A DNA stretch of 64,000 nt from Burkholderiales bacterium (lineage in GTDB: Bacteria; Pseudomonadota; Gammaproteobacteria; Burkholderiales; SG8-39). How positions within the stretch are numbered: position 1 is the stretch's first letter; each line of letters opens with the position of its first letter. The notes beneath the pieces are model-generated. The model did no database searches and had not been told where the DNA came from. It was given only the letters and a program-made list of their open reading frames with translations. The translations under genes were made by a program, and so were the position numbers. Shown piece after piece: positions 17,098 through 26,613 of this stretch. The stretch is taken from positions 4,963 through 68,962 of the forward strand of contig DATHHS010000216.1 in assembly GCA_035317085.1 (NCBI GenBank), read 5' to 3'.

Positions 17098-17779
17098 TCA
17101 CGGCCGACGAGGTCCAGCGCATTCTTGCGACAATGCACGGCACTAAATGGCTGATGGCGAGTCTGCTCTACGGCGCGGGGCTTCGCTTGTGCGAGTGCCT
17201 GAAGCTGCGAATCAAGGACGTGGACTTCGGGTACGGGCAGATCATGGTTCGCGATGCCAAGGGCGGGAAGGACCGGATCACCCTGCTTCCGCAATCCGTT
17301 GTCGAGCCGCTGCGCGAGCATCTGGCTCGAGCCAGGAAATTGCATGAACGGGATGTCGCCGATGGATATGGCGATGTCGAGCTGCCCCATGCGCTCCGCG
17401 TCAAGTATCCGCGCGCGGCCTATGAATGGGGCTGGAAGTTCGTGTTTCCGTCGTACAAGCGATCGGTCGATCCGGAGACCGGCGTCATCCGTCGCCATCA
17501 TGTTTACGAAAATTATCTGATTCGCGGGGTCAAGCAGGCGGCACGCGATGCGGGCATCGTCAAGCACGTGAGCTGCCGCACCTTGCGCCATTCGTTTGCC
17601 ACCCATCTGCTGGAAACGGCTACGACATCCGCACGGTGCAGGAATTGCTCGGTCACGCTAGCGTCGAGACGACGATGATCTACACCCACGTGATGAACAA
17701 GGGCGGGCGCGGAGTCAAGAGCCCGCTCGATCGCCTCGAGCAGCGGCGCGCGGAGTACAGGGTTCAGGACGCGGCGTGA
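17098..17779 (+). pseudogene. intI: Integron integrase (IntI) remnant: about 100 N-terminal codons missing plus a 1-nt frameshift
   Basis: LTADEVQRILATMHGTKWLMASLLYGAGLRLCECLKLRIKDVDF...GGKDRITLLP...[25 protein letters not shown] (the IntI-specific insertion)...RRHH...[11 protein letters not shown], then a frame change in the A-run at 17614-17616 (GAAAC instead of GAAAAC) to [27 protein letters not shown] stop codon (TAA 17095-17097) lies immediately upstream in frame. Confidence 0.85.
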
Positions 17780-17929
17780 AGGTTCGCGAACACGGCGGGC
17801 CCAATAGAAGAGTGGGATGCCGGACGGAAAATGAGTGTCTCACAAACAAGCGCGGGATGAACGGCAGCTTGCTGTCCGTTCCGTCCCGCGCATCTGACCT
17901 GGCGCCGCGCGAAGCGCGGCGTCCGAAGA

Positions 17930-19066
17930 TCAGACGATGTTGAGGTGCTCGATGCCCGTCGTGATGTCCTTGTTCTTCGCTTCCTTGGAGTGCAGCTTGA
18001 TGTTGAGGCGCAGGTCGTTGACGCTGTCGGCGTTCCTCAACGCGTCTTCGTAGCTGATCCTGCCGGACTCGAACAGGTCGAACAGCGCCTGGTCGAAGGT
18101 CTGCATGCCCAGTTCCCTGGACTTCTTCATGATCTCCTTGATCTCGTGCACCTCGCCCTTGAAGATCAGGTCGGAGATGAGGGGGGAGTTGAGCATGATC
18201 TCGATTGCGGCACAGCGGCCTTTGCCCTCCTTGAGGGGAATGAGGCGCTGCGAGATCAGACCGCGGAGGTTGAGCGACAGGTCCATCAGGAGCTGCGTGC
18301 GCCGCTCCTCGGGGAAAAAGTTGATGACGCGGTCCAGCGCCTGGTTGGCGCTGTTCGCGTGCAGAGTCGCCAGGCACAGGTGGCCGGTTTCGGCGAACGC
18401 GATGGCGTGTTCCATGGTCTCGCGGTCGCGGACTTCTCCGATCAGGATCACGTCGGGCGCCTGGCGCAAGGTGTTCTTCAACGCGCTCGACCAACTCAGG
18501 GTGTCGACGCCGACTTCACGCTGGGTGATGAGGCAGCCCTTGTGCGGGTGGGTGAATTCGACCGGGTCTTCGATGGTGATGATGTGACCGTGAGAGTTTT
18601 CGTTGCGGTAGCCGATCATCGCCGCGAGCGTGGTGGACTTGCCCGAGCCGGTGGCCCCCACCACGATCACCAGTCCCCGCTTGGTCATGATGATGTCCTT
18701 GAGGACGTTCGGGAGACCGAGATCCTCGATCTTGGGGATGAGGGTGGTGATCGTTCGCAGCACGATGCCGACGTTGGCCTGCTGGACGAAGGCGTTGACG
18801 CGAAACCGGCCGATGCCCGCGGGGTTGATCGCGAAGTTGCACTCCTTGTTCTCCTCGAACTCCGCCGCCTGCCTGTCGTTCATGATCGCGCGGGCGAGGT
18901 CTATGGTATGCGACGGAGTGAGCGGCTGGTTGGAGACCGGCGTCATCTTGCCGTCGATCTTGATCGCCGGCGGAAAGCCGACGGTGATGAAAAGGTCCGA
19001 GCCCTTCCTCGTCAGCATCAGCCGAAGAAGGTCGTACATGAATTTCATTGCCTGTTCGCGTTCCAT
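17930..19066 (-). CDS. pilU: Type IV pilus retraction ATPase PilU
   Basis: MEREQAMKFMYDLLRLMLTRKGSDLFITVGFPP...GATGSGKSTTLAAM...ITIEDPVEF...IGEVRDRETMEHAIAFAETGHLCLATLHAN. ATG 19066 has a GAAGAGG RBS. The upstream half of the 762-aa track ORF is an out-of-frame reading of pilT. Confidence 0.9.
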   Translation of the reverse strand: MEREQAMKFMYDLLRLMLTRKGSDLFITVGFPPAIKIDGKMTPVSNQPLTPSHTIDLARAIMNDRQAAEFEENKECNFAINPAGIGRFRVNAFVQQANVGIVLRTITTLIPKIEDLGLPNVLKDIIMTKRGLVIVVGATGSGKSTTLAAMIGYRNENSHGHIITIEDPVEFTHPHKGCLITQREVGVDTLSWSSALKNTLRQAPDVILIGEVRDRETMEHAIAFAETGHLCLATLHANSANQALDRVINFFPEERRTQLLMDLSLNLRGLISQRLIPLKEGKGRCAAIEIMLNSPLISDLIFKGEVHEIKEIMKKSRELGMQTFDQALFDLFESGRISYEDALRNADSVNDLRLNIKLHSKEAKNKDITTGIEHLNIV

Positions 19067-19119
19067 ATCTACCTCTTCAAGGCTGTGTCCGGAATTCCCC
19101 GGGAATTGCGCCGGCCGAG

Positions 19120-20163
19120 CTAGCCTGGGAAATTGTCCTTGTTCGCGGCCTTGCCGCGCGCTTCGGCGGCCGAGATGATGTTGCGCTTCACCAGTTCCCC
19201 AAGATTCTGGTCGAGCGTCTGCATGCCGAAGTTCTGCCCGGTCTGGATGGCCGAGTACATCTGAGCGATCTTGTTTTCGCGGATCAGGTTGCGGATCGCG
19301 GGTGTGCCGACCATGATTTCGTGCGCGGCGACGCGGCCCGAACCGTCCTTGGTCTTGCACAGCGTCTGCGCGATGATCGCCCGAATCGACTCGGAGATCA
19401 TCGCGCGGATCATCTCCTTCTCCGTCGCCGGAAACACGTCGACGATGCGGTCGATGGTTTTCGCCGCGGAGCTCGTATGCAGGGTGCCGAACACCAGGTG
19501 TCCGGTCTCGGCGCCGGTCAGCGCGAGGCGGATGGTCTCCAGGTCGCGCATCTCCCCCACCAGGATCACGTCCGGGTCCTCGCGTAAGGCGCTGCGCAAG
19601 GCGTTTGCGAACGACAGGGTGTGCGGCCCGACCTCGCGCTGGTTGATCAGGCACTTCTTCGACTCGTGCACGAATTCGATCGGGTCCTCGATGGTGAGGA
19701 TATGGGCCTGCTCGGTTTCGTTGATGGCGTTGACCATCGCCGCCAGCGTGGTCGACTTGCCCGAGCCGGTGGGGCCGGTGACAAGCACGATGCCGCGCGG
19801 CTGGTCGGCGATCTCGGCGAATATCTTGGGGGCTCGCAGCTCCTCGAGCGACAGGATCTTCGAGGGAATCGTCCGCATGACCGCCGCGGCCCCGCGATTC
19901 TGCACAAAGGCGTTGACGCGAAAGCGCGCGAGGCCCGGAATCGCGAAGGAGAAGTCGCATTCGAGATTTTCCTCGTAGTGCTTCCTCTGCCCGTCGTTCA
20001 TGATGTCGTAGATCATGCCGTGGACGTCTTTGTGCTCCATCGCCGGCAGGTTGATGCGCCGGATGTCGCCGTGCACGCGGATCATGGGCGGCAGCCCGGA
20101 CGAAAGATGCAGGTCGGAGGCCTTGTTCTTGACGACGAAGGCTAGGAGTTCCGAAATATCCAC
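19120..20163 (-). CDS. pilT: Type IV pilus twitching motility ATPase PilT
   Basis: MDISELLAFVVKNKASDLHLSSGLPPMIRVHG...GPTGSGKSTTLAAM...GEMRDLETIRLALTGAETGHLVFGTLHTSSA...AHEIMVGTPAIRNLIRE. Confidence 0.92.
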   Translation of the reverse strand: MDISELLAFVVKNKASDLHLSSGLPPMIRVHGDIRRINLPAMEHKDVHGMIYDIMNDGQRKHYEENLECDFSFAIPGLARFRVNAFVQNRGAAAVMRTIPSKILSLEELRAPKIFAEIADQPRGIVLVTGPTGSGKSTTLAAMVNAINETEQAHILTIEDPIEFVHESKKCLINQREVGPHTLSFANALRSALREDPDVILVGEMRDLETIRLALTGAETGHLVFGTLHTSSAAKTIDRIVDVFPATEKEMIRAMISESIRAIIAQTLCKTKDGSGRVAAHEIMVGTPAIRNLIRENKIAQMYSAIQTGQNFGMQTLDQNLGELVKRNIISAAEARGKAANKDNFPG

Positions 20164-20270
20164 TATAATCCCCTCCAGTGTGAGGCCCGGACCGCATCGG
20201 GAGCTGGTGCCTAAGCAAATGAAAGAGCGAGAATTTTCAGGTCCGACGCGCTTGCATTGCCGCGCTGATT

Positions 20271-20960
20271 ATGTCCTCAATTGCCGCGAACTTGCAAGCC
20301 GTGAAGGAGCGCATAGAATCCGCTGTTCACGCGGCGGGCAGGCCCGCCGGCTCGGTACGCTTGGTCGCGGTGAGCAAGACCTTTCCGCCCGAGGCGGTGC
20401 AGGATGCCGCGCAGGCGGGACAATGCGATTTCGGCGAGAACTACGCGCAGGAAGGCGTGGGGAAAATCGACGACCTGCGCGCGCTTGGTCTCACCTGGCA
20501 CTATATCGGCCCGATCCAGAGCAATAAGACGCGCGTGATCGCCGAGCACTTCGACTGGGTGCACTCGATCGATCGCGCGAAAATCGCCGCGCGGCTCTCG
20601 GAAGCTCGCGACCCGGGACTCCCCGAGATGCAAGTCTGCATCCAGGTCAACGTCTCGGGCGAAGCGTCGAAGAGCGGGGTCATGCCCGAGGAAGTAGCGG
20701 CTCTTGCAAGACAGGTGGCGGGGTTCTCGCGCATGAAGCTGCGTGGCCTCATGGCCGTGCCCGAGCCGACGCCGGACGAGGCCTTGCAGCGCCGGCGTTT
20801 CGCCCAGCTGCGCGAGCTGCGCGACCGGCTGAACGGCAAGGGTTTTGCGATGGATACGCTCTCGATGGGCATGTCGGCGGACCTCGAGGCGGCGATCGCC
20901 GAGGGCGCGACGATAGTGCGCGTGGGCACCGCGATTTTTGGAGAGAGAACGGCGACATGA
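20271..20960 (+). CDS. yggS: YggS family pyridoxal-phosphate homeostasis protein
   Basis: LVAVSKTFPPEAVQDAAQAGQCDFGENYAQEG...WHYIGPIQSNKTR...LSMGMSADLEAAIAEGATIVRVGTAIFG. Confidence 0.9.
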   Translation: MSSIAANLQAVKERIESAVHAAGRPAGSVRLVAVSKTFPPEAVQDAAQAGQCDFGENYAQEGVGKIDDLRALGLTWHYIGPIQSNKTRVIAEHFDWVHSIDRAKIAARLSEARDPGLPEMQVCIQVNVSGEASKSGVMPEEVAALARQVAGFSRMKLRGLMAVPEPTPDEALQRRRFAQLRELRDRLNGKGFAMDTLSMGMSADLEAAIAEGATIVRVGTAIFGERTAT

Positions 20961-21772
20961 AGATCACATTCATCGGCGGCGGCAACATGGCTGACGCCCT
21001 CATCGGCGGACTGCTACGCAAGAATTTTCCGCTGCAGGACATCCGCGTGGTCGAGATCAGCGCCGACGCGCGCCGCAAGCTGGTCGACAAATACGGCGTC
21101 ACCTGCTTCGACAAGCCCAAGGATGCGGTGCGCGCGAACGACGTGGTGGTGTTCGCGGTGAAGCCCCAGCACCTGCGCGAAGCGGCGGCGAAATCCGGGA
21201 TCGCCGACAACGCCAATCTCGTCATCAGCATCGCCGCGGGCGTGCGCCTTGCCAACCTCTCCAAATGGCTGAAGGGCCACACGCGCCTAGTGCGGGCGAT
21301 GCCCAACACGCCCGCGATGATCGGCGAGGGGGTCGCCGGCCTGTTTCCTTTCTCGAAGGCGGTCAATCGCGAGGACCGCGAGCAGACCGAAACCATCCTC
21401 GGCGCGGTCGGCGTCACAGTCTGGCTCACCGACGAGTCGCAGATGGACGCGGTGACCGCGATCTCCGGGAGCGGCCCGGCCTATGTGTTCTATTTCATCG
21501 AAGCGGTCGAGGACGCAGCCCGGGAATTGGGGCTTCCCGTGCAGATCGCCCACCAGCTCGTGCTGAATACCTTCACCGGGGCGGCCAAGCTCGCTGCGAG
21601 CAGTCCCGATCCGGTCGCGGTGCTGCGCGAACGCGTGACATCGAAAGGCGGAACGACCGAGCGCGCCCTGGCGAGCATGGCCAAGGACGAGGTGAAGGAA
21701 GCGATCATCCGCGCCATCCACGCCGCGAACGAGCGCGGCAAGGAAATGGGCGAGGAACTGGGGAAAGAGTAG
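20957..21772 (+). CDS. proC: Pyrroline-5-carboxylate reductase
   Basis: MKITFIGGGNMADALIGGL...RAMPNTPAMIGEG...SGSGPAYVFYFIEA...VTSKGGTTERAL. ATGA overlap with yggS. Confidence 0.92.
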   Translation: MKITFIGGGNMADALIGGLLRKNFPLQDIRVVEISADARRKLVDKYGVTCFDKPKDAVRANDVVVFAVKPQHLREAAAKSGIADNANLVISIAAGVRLANLSKWLKGHTRLVRAMPNTPAMIGEGVAGLFPFSKAVNREDREQTETILGAVGVTVWLTDESQMDAVTAISGSGPAYVFYFIEAVEDAARELGLPVQIAHQLVLNTFTGAAKLAASSPDPVAVLRERVTSKGGTTERALASMAKDEVKEAIIRAIHAANERGKEMGEELGKE

Positions 21773-22335
21773 TGCTGCTTAGGATCGTCGATCTGCTGAT
21801 CGTGAATGCCTTCGGGCTGATCGTATATACGCTGTTGCTGCGATTTTACTTACAGCTGTTGCGAGCGCCGTTTCGCAACCCCGTGGGACAGTTCGTCACC
21901 GCGCTCACCAACTGGATCGTGCTCCCGGCGCGGCGCGTCATTCCCGGCCTTATGGGCATCGACCTCTCGACCATTATTCTCGCGTGGGTACTGCAGGCGT
22001 TGATGCTTACGCTGCTGCTCTGGCTGCACAGCCTGACTCTCATAAGCGCTCCAGGGGTCGCGACAGCCGGGCTGCTATTCGGGTTTGCCGCAGCTTGGCT
22101 TCTACGAGCCTCCCTGTACCTCCTGATTGGTGCGGTGATCTTGCACGTATTGTTCAGCTGGTTCAATCCTCACACGCCGATCACGCCCGTGCTCAACGCG
22201 CTGACGCGTCCTTTCTACGGAATCTTCCAGCGTTTCATCCCCCCGATCGGCAGCGTGGATTTGTCTCCGATCTTCGTCCTTATCGGGGCGCAGGCGCTCT
22301 TGTTCGTGATCGGCGACTTGGTCGGACCGTTTTGA
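21772..22335 (+). CDS. yggT: YggT family membrane protein
   Basis: GTG at 21772 overlaps the proC TAG (TAGTG). LLLRFYLQLLRAPFRNPVGQFVTALTNWIVLPARRVIPGLMGIDLS...LTRPFYGIFQRFIPPIGSVDLSPIF shows two YGGT repeats. It follows the conserved yggS-proC-yggT order. Confidence 0.8.
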   Translation: MLLRIVDLLIVNAFGLIVYTLLLRFYLQLLRAPFRNPVGQFVTALTNWIVLPARRVIPGLMGIDLSTIILAWVLQALMLTLLLWLHSLTLISAPGVATAGLLFGFAAAWLLRASLYLLIGAVILHVLFSWFNPHTPITPVLNALTRPFYGIFQRFIPPIGSVDLSPIFVLIGAQALLFVIGDLVGPF

Positions 22336-22354
22336 GCGATTGGGCTAAACGCGA

Positions 22355-23632
22355 CTAAGCCTCGTACACGACCTGACCGCTCACCAGCGTGTAGCGCACT
22401 CGGCCGGGCAGCTCGTAGCCGATGAAGGGCGTGTTCTTTCCCTGGCTCCTCAGGAAATCCGTAGTGATCTTGACGTGGGCGTTTGGGTCGAACACGCATA
22501 CGTCCGCGTCTCTCCCGGGAGCGATGTCCCCCGCCGGCACGCCCAGGATGGCCGCCGGTTTTGAGGTCACGGTGGCGAGCGCATCGGGCAAGGCGACGCG
22601 CGCCTCTTCGGCCCACTTGAGCGCGAGCGGCAGCAGGAGCTCCAGGCCCGTCACTCCGGGTTCCGATTCGGCGAAGGGCAGCTGCTTCGCGTCCTCGTCC
22701 ACCGGGGCGTGATCCGAGCACAGCGCATCGATCGCCCCATCGGCGAGTCCCGAGCGCAGCGCATCGCGGTCGCGAAGGCTGCGGAACGGCGGGATCACGT
22801 GGCAGTGGGAATCGAAGTAGCCGAGGTCGATTTCCGAGAGGTGCGCGTGATGCGCGCTCACGTCGCAGCTCACCGGCAATCCTTCTTTTTTCGCCGCCCG
22901 CATCATCGCCACGCCCTCGGCGGTGGACAGGCGGCACAGGTGCACGCGCGTGCGCGTGGTGCGCACGAGCTGCAGTATGGTCGAGAGCGCGATGGTCTCT
23001 GCGAACGCGGGAATCCCCGAAAGTCCGAGCCGGGTGGCGACTTCGCCGTCGTGCGCGACACCCCCGCGCGCGAGGTAGCCGTCCTGCGGGCGCAACCACA
23101 CCGCGATGCCGAAGGTGGCCGCGTATTGCAGCGCGTGCCACAGGACCTGCGTGTCGGGAATCGGCGTATCGGCGTGCGAAAACGCGACGCAGCCTGCGTC
23201 GCGCAGCACTACCATTTCGGTGAGGCGTTCGCCGCCGAGCTTCCAGGTGAGCGCGCCGAGCGGATAGACGTGCGCGAGGTTCAGGTTTTTCGCGCGGTAC
23301 TTGAGCATCTCCACCAGACCCGGCTCGTCGAGCGGCGGGTCGGTATCGGGTGGGCAGGCGAGGCTCGTCACGCCGCCGGCGACCGCGGCCTGCATCTCCG
23401 ATGCGAGCGTCGCCTTGTATTCGAAACCCGGTTCGCGCAGCCGCGCCGAGAGATCGATCAAGCCGGGACAGACAACGAGCTTGGTCGCGTCTATCGTCCG
23501 CTCCGCGCGAAAGCCCGCGGGGGCCTTGCCGAGGGCCGCGATCTTTCCGTCGTCTATGAAAACGTCCTCTTTCGCGTCGATGCGATTTTTCGGATCGATC
23601 ACGCGGCCGTTCTTGATGTGAATCTTGCTCAC
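22355..23632 (-). CDS. pyrC: Dihydroorotase-like protein, probably the non-catalytic PyrC' partner of aspartate transcarbamoylase
   Basis: Amidohydrolase fold, but the metal-ligand motifs are replaced: GLIDLSARLREPG instead of D-x-H-x-H, WLRPQD instead of H-C-E-D, HLCRLS, and DHAPV. GTG 23632 forms a GTGA overlap with the cupin stop. The track start at 23668 would overlap the cupin gene by 40 nt. Confidence 0.8.
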   Translation of the reverse strand: MSKIHIKNGRVIDPKNRIDAKEDVFIDDGKIAALGKAPAGFRAERTIDATKLVVCPGLIDLSARLREPGFEYKATLASEMQAAVAGGVTSLACPPDTDPPLDEPGLVEMLKYRAKNLNLAHVYPLGALTWKLGGERLTEMVVLRDAGCVAFSHADTPIPDTQVLWHALQYAATFGIAVWLRPQDGYLARGGVAHDGEVATRLGLSGIPAFAETIALSTILQLVRTTRTRVHLCRLSTAEGVAMMRAAKKEGLPVSCDVSAHHAHLSEIDLGYFDSHCHVIPPFRSLRDRDALRSGLADGAIDALCSDHAPVDEDAKQLPFAESEPGVTGLELLLPLALKWAEEARVALPDALATVTSKPAAILGVPAGDIAPGRDADVCVFDPNAHVKITTDFLRSQGKNTPFIGYELPGRVRYTLVSGQVVYEA

Positions 23633-24111
23633 TTGTACGGGCTTCCGTCCTTGTGGGTGTAGATCCATTTGCCGTCCACCATGCGTGCGGCGAGGTCCGC
23701 GTCGCTGTAGCCCGCACCGTCACCGGGCGTGCGGTCGCCGATTTCAAGATAGACGGCGGACTTGTCGGTCTCGTTGACGAGCTGATGTCCGTCGGCCTTG
23801 CCCGCCGGAAATCCGGCGGCCATGCCGGGCGTCAGTTTCTGCCTGCCCGCGTCGGTGACCAGCGTCACCTCGCCTTCGGTGACGTAGATGAATTCGTCCT
23901 GTTTCGTGTGCCAGTGGCGCATCGAGGATTCCGCTCCGGGGTCGAGGCGCGTGAGATTGACGCCGAAATTCTTGAGCCCTGCCGCATCGCCGAGGCGCCT
24001 GCGGTGGCGGCCGGCCACCCGGGTTTTGTACGGCTCCGGATAGCCGGTGGTCGACTGTTCGGGCAGGTCTTTCGGGTCGAACGCAGGCGCAATGAGTTTC
24101 GTCATGGTCAA
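23629..24111 (-). CDS. Cupin domain protein
   Basis: [31 protein letters not shown]...[18 protein letters not shown] are the two cupin motifs. ATGA overlap with the pyrB stop. Confidence 0.75.
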   Translation of the reverse strand: MTMTKLIAPAFDPKDLPEQSTTGYPEPYKTRVAGRHRRRLGDAAGLKNFGVNLTRLDPGAESSMRHWHTKQDEFIYVTEGEVTLVTDAGRQKLTPGMAAGFPAGKADGHQLVNETDKSAVYLEIGDRTPGDGAGYSDADLAARMVDGKWIYTHKDGSPYK

Positions 24112-25055
24112 TTCCCCGCGAGGATGCTCATCACCGCCATGCGCACGGCGATGCCGAAAGTGACCTGCGGCAGGATCACCGAATGCGGGCCGTCTGCGAC
24201 CGAGGAATCGATCTCGACGCCGCGGTTCATCGGCCCCGGATGCATGACGATGGCGTCGGGCTTGGCGAGGGCGAGCTTCGCGGGCGTCAGGCCGTAGGAT
24301 TTGAAGAACTCCTGGGCGGAAGGCAGCAGCGGCCCCTTCATGCGCTCGTTCTGAAGGCGCAACATCACCACCACATCGCAGCCCGCGAGCCCTTCGCGCA
24401 TGTCGTGATGCACCGAGACGCCGAGCTGCTCCACGCCCGCGGGCAACAAGGTCCTCGGGCCGATCACGCGCACGTCGGGCGTGCCCAGAGTGGTGAGCGC
24501 GTGGATCAGCGAGCGCGCCACGCGCGAGTGCAGCACGTCGCCGACGATGGCGACCGAGAGATTGGTGAAGTCCTTCTTGTAGTGGCGGATGGTGTAGATG
24601 TCGAGCAGGCCCTGCGTGGGGTGCGCGTGGCGGCCGTCGCCGGCGTTGATCACGTGCACGTGCGGGGCGACGTGGCTCGCGATCAGATGGGCGGCGCCGC
24701 TCGAGGAATGCCGCACCACGAACATGTCGGCGTACATCGCAGAAAGATTGTCAACCGTGTCGAGCAGGGTCTCGCCCTTGGTCGAGGATGACGCGGCGAT
24801 GTTCAGGTTGATGACGTCGGCCGAGAGGCGCTTCGCGGCAATTTCGAACGTGGTGCGCGTGCGCGTCGACGGCTCGAAGAACAGGTTGAAGATCGATTTG
24901 CCGCGCAGGAGCGGCACTTTCTTCACCTCGCGCCCGGTGACGCCGACGAAGGACGCGGCTGTGTCCAGGATATGCACCAGAACTTCGCGCGGCAGCCCCT
25001 CGATCGTGAGGAGATGCTGCAGCTTTCCGTCGCCGTTAAGCTGAGGGTTTTGCAT
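24108..25055 (-). CDS. pyrB: Aspartate carbamoyltransferase catalytic subunit
   Basis: [21 protein letters not shown]...[19 protein letters not shown]...HPTQGLLD...[15 protein letters not shown] 25055 was chosen inside the 361-aa ORF. Confidence 0.92.
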   Translation of the reverse strand: MQNPQLNGDGKLQHLLTIEGLPREVLVHILDTAASFVGVTGREVKKVPLLRGKSIFNLFFEPSTRTRTTFEIAAKRLSADVINLNIAASSSTKGETLLDTVDNLSAMYADMFVVRHSSSGAAHLIASHVAPHVHVINAGDGRHAHPTQGLLDIYTIRHYKKDFTNLSVAIVGDVLHSRVARSLIHALTTLGTPDVRVIGPRTLLPAGVEQLGVSVHHDMREGLAGCDVVVMLRLQNERMKGPLLPSAQEFFKSYGLTPAKLALAKPDAIVMHPGPMNRGVEIDSSVADGPHSVILPQVTFGIAVRMAVMSILAGN

Positions 25056-25542
25056 CGGAGAGTCGCAGGGAAAATGTTCCTCGATCGTCGCGCGCCAGGC
25101 GCAGGAGCTTGCCTTTCGGCACGACGAGCGTCGCGCCGATGTACTGCGCGGCGATCGGCAGCTGCCGTTCGCCGCGGTCCACCAGCGCCGCAAGCTCGAT
25201 TTTTCCGGGACGCCCGTAGTCGAAGAGCTCGTTCATCGCGGCGCGCACCGTGCGCCCGGTGTAGAGCACATCGTCGACCACGATGATGTGCCGGTCGTTC
25301 ACGTCGAACGGGATCTGGGAGGGCTTCACCTGGTGGTGCAGTCCGGCGGCATCGAAATCGTCGCGGTAAAACGAGATGTCTAGGGCGCCCATAGGCGTCG
25401 CGAGCTTCAATTCCCGGTGCAAGCGCTCGGCCAGCCAGGCTCCTCCGGTGCGGATGCCGACCAGGCCCGTGGAGGCGCTGACGCCGGAGCGCAGCTTCGC
25501 CACGAGCTCCTGGCACAGCGCTTCAGCGTCGGGGAGGTTCAT
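25036..25542 (-). CDS. pyrR: Bifunctional pyr operon regulator / uracil phosphoribosyltransferase
   Basis: [15 protein letters not shown]...[23 protein letters not shown] (PRPP-binding motif). 168 aa, immediately upstream of pyrB. Confidence 0.9.
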   Translation of the reverse strand: MNLPDAEALCQELVAKLRSGVSASTGLVGIRTGGAWLAERLHRELKLATPMGALDISFYRDDFDAAGLHHQVKPSQIPFDVNDRHIIVVDDVLYTGRTVRAAMNELFDYGRPGKIELAALVDRGERQLPIAAQYIGATLVVPKGKLLRLARDDRGTFSLRLSDAKPSA

Positions 25543-25978
25543 CGAGATAGCTCTGCAGGATGATTTTCGCTGCGATCGCGTGGGCTTCCTGCTTGTGCTT
25601 GCGACCGCCCCGGCCGGCTTCCCGCAATGTCGCCTCAGCCGACGTCGACGAGAACCGCTCGTCGGCGAGTACTACCGGAAGCCGGAAGCGTGCCTCGAGC
25701 TGCCGCGCGAAGCGCCGGGCGCGCTGCGTCATGGCGTGCTCGCCGCCGTCCGTCGCCAGCGGCAAGCCTACAAGAAGGCGTTCGGGCCGCCATTCGCGCA
25801 GGAGTGTCTGGACTTCGGACATACGCCTCGCGCCGCTCTCGGCCTCGAACATCCCCAGGGGATGAGCGAGCCGCGTTTCGGTGTCGCCCACGGCGACACC
25901 GATCCAGCGCGCGCCAAAATCGAAAGCAAGTATGGTGTGGCCGGAAACCTTCGACGGGGCCACGGCCGCCTGATTCAC
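25523..25978 (-). CDS. ruvX: Holliday junction resolvase-like protein YqgF/RuvX
   Basis: [26 protein letters not shown]...LVGLPL...[13 protein letters not shown] 25978 forms a GTGA overlap with the yqgE stop; GTG 25963 is an alternative. The rest of the 602-aa track ORF is an antisense reading of chpA and yqgE. Confidence 0.85.
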   Translation of the reverse strand: MNQAAVAPSKVSGHTILAFDFGARWIGVAVGDTETRLAHPLGMFEAESGARRMSEVQTLLREWRPERLLVGLPLATDGGEHAMTQRARRFARQLEARFRLPVVLADERFSSTSAEATLREAGRGGRKHKQEAHAIAAKIILQSYLDEPPRR

Positions 25979-26535
25979 GCGTGCCCTGCCTCCTCGGACA
26001 GCGTGGCGAAGTCCAGGCCGAGCAGCTTCATCGCCGCGGGCAGGCGCTCTTCGTTCGGGGTGTCGAAAATAATCGCATCCTTGGCTTCGACCGTGAGCCA
26101 GGCATTCTGCTTGATTTCGTTTTCGAGCTGTCCCGCCGCCCAGCCCGCATAACCCAGCGTGACGAGGATCTTGTGCGGGCCACCGCCCTGCCCGACCGCT
26201 TCCAGGATGTCCTTGGAGGTGGTGAGCCCCACCTTGTCGCGTACCGAGAGGGTGGACTGCCACTCCCCGAGCGGCTGATGCAGGACAAATCCGCGATCGG
26301 TCTGGACCGGCCCGCCGAAATAGACCGGCTCGTTCACCAGAATCTGGGAAGTCAGCCGCAGGCTCAAGCGGTCGAACAAGGCGCCCAGGGTCATTTCGAT
26401 CGGGCGGTTGACCACCACGCCAAGCGCTCCCTGTTCGTTGTGCTCGCAGATGAAAGTCAGGGTGCGGGAAAAGTAGGGATCGGCCATGTTGGGCATGGCG
26501 ATCAGGAAATGGTTGGTGAGATTGACCTGGGCCAT
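25975..26535 (-). CDS. yqgE: YqgE/AlgH family protein (UPF0301)
   Basis: [45 protein letters not shown]...[13 protein letters not shown]...[14 protein letters not shown]. Confidence 0.85.
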   Translation of the reverse strand: MAQVNLTNHFLIAMPNMADPYFSRTLTFICEHNEQGALGVVVNRPIEMTLGALFDRLSLRLTSQILVNEPVYFGGPVQTDRGFVLHQPLGEWQSTLSVRDKVGLTTSKDILEAVGQGGGPHKILVTLGYAGWAAGQLENEIKQNAWLTVEAKDAIIFDTPNEERLPAAMKLLGLDFATLSEEAGHA

Positions 26536-26613
26536 GGCGGCGAGCCTCTATTGTAATCCCCCTGCGGGGTCGCGCGCGAGCCGTGGCGCGAACGCCCGAC
26601 GAGCGCCGGGGGT

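Noticed and set aside
19067-20218. N-terminal half of the 762-aa ORF (17930-20218) that would fuse extra sequence to PilU
   Set aside because: That half is an out-of-frame reading of pilT (R/G/D/P/H-rich nonsense). PilU has its own ATG at 19066 with a good RBS, and pilT is a complete separate gene.
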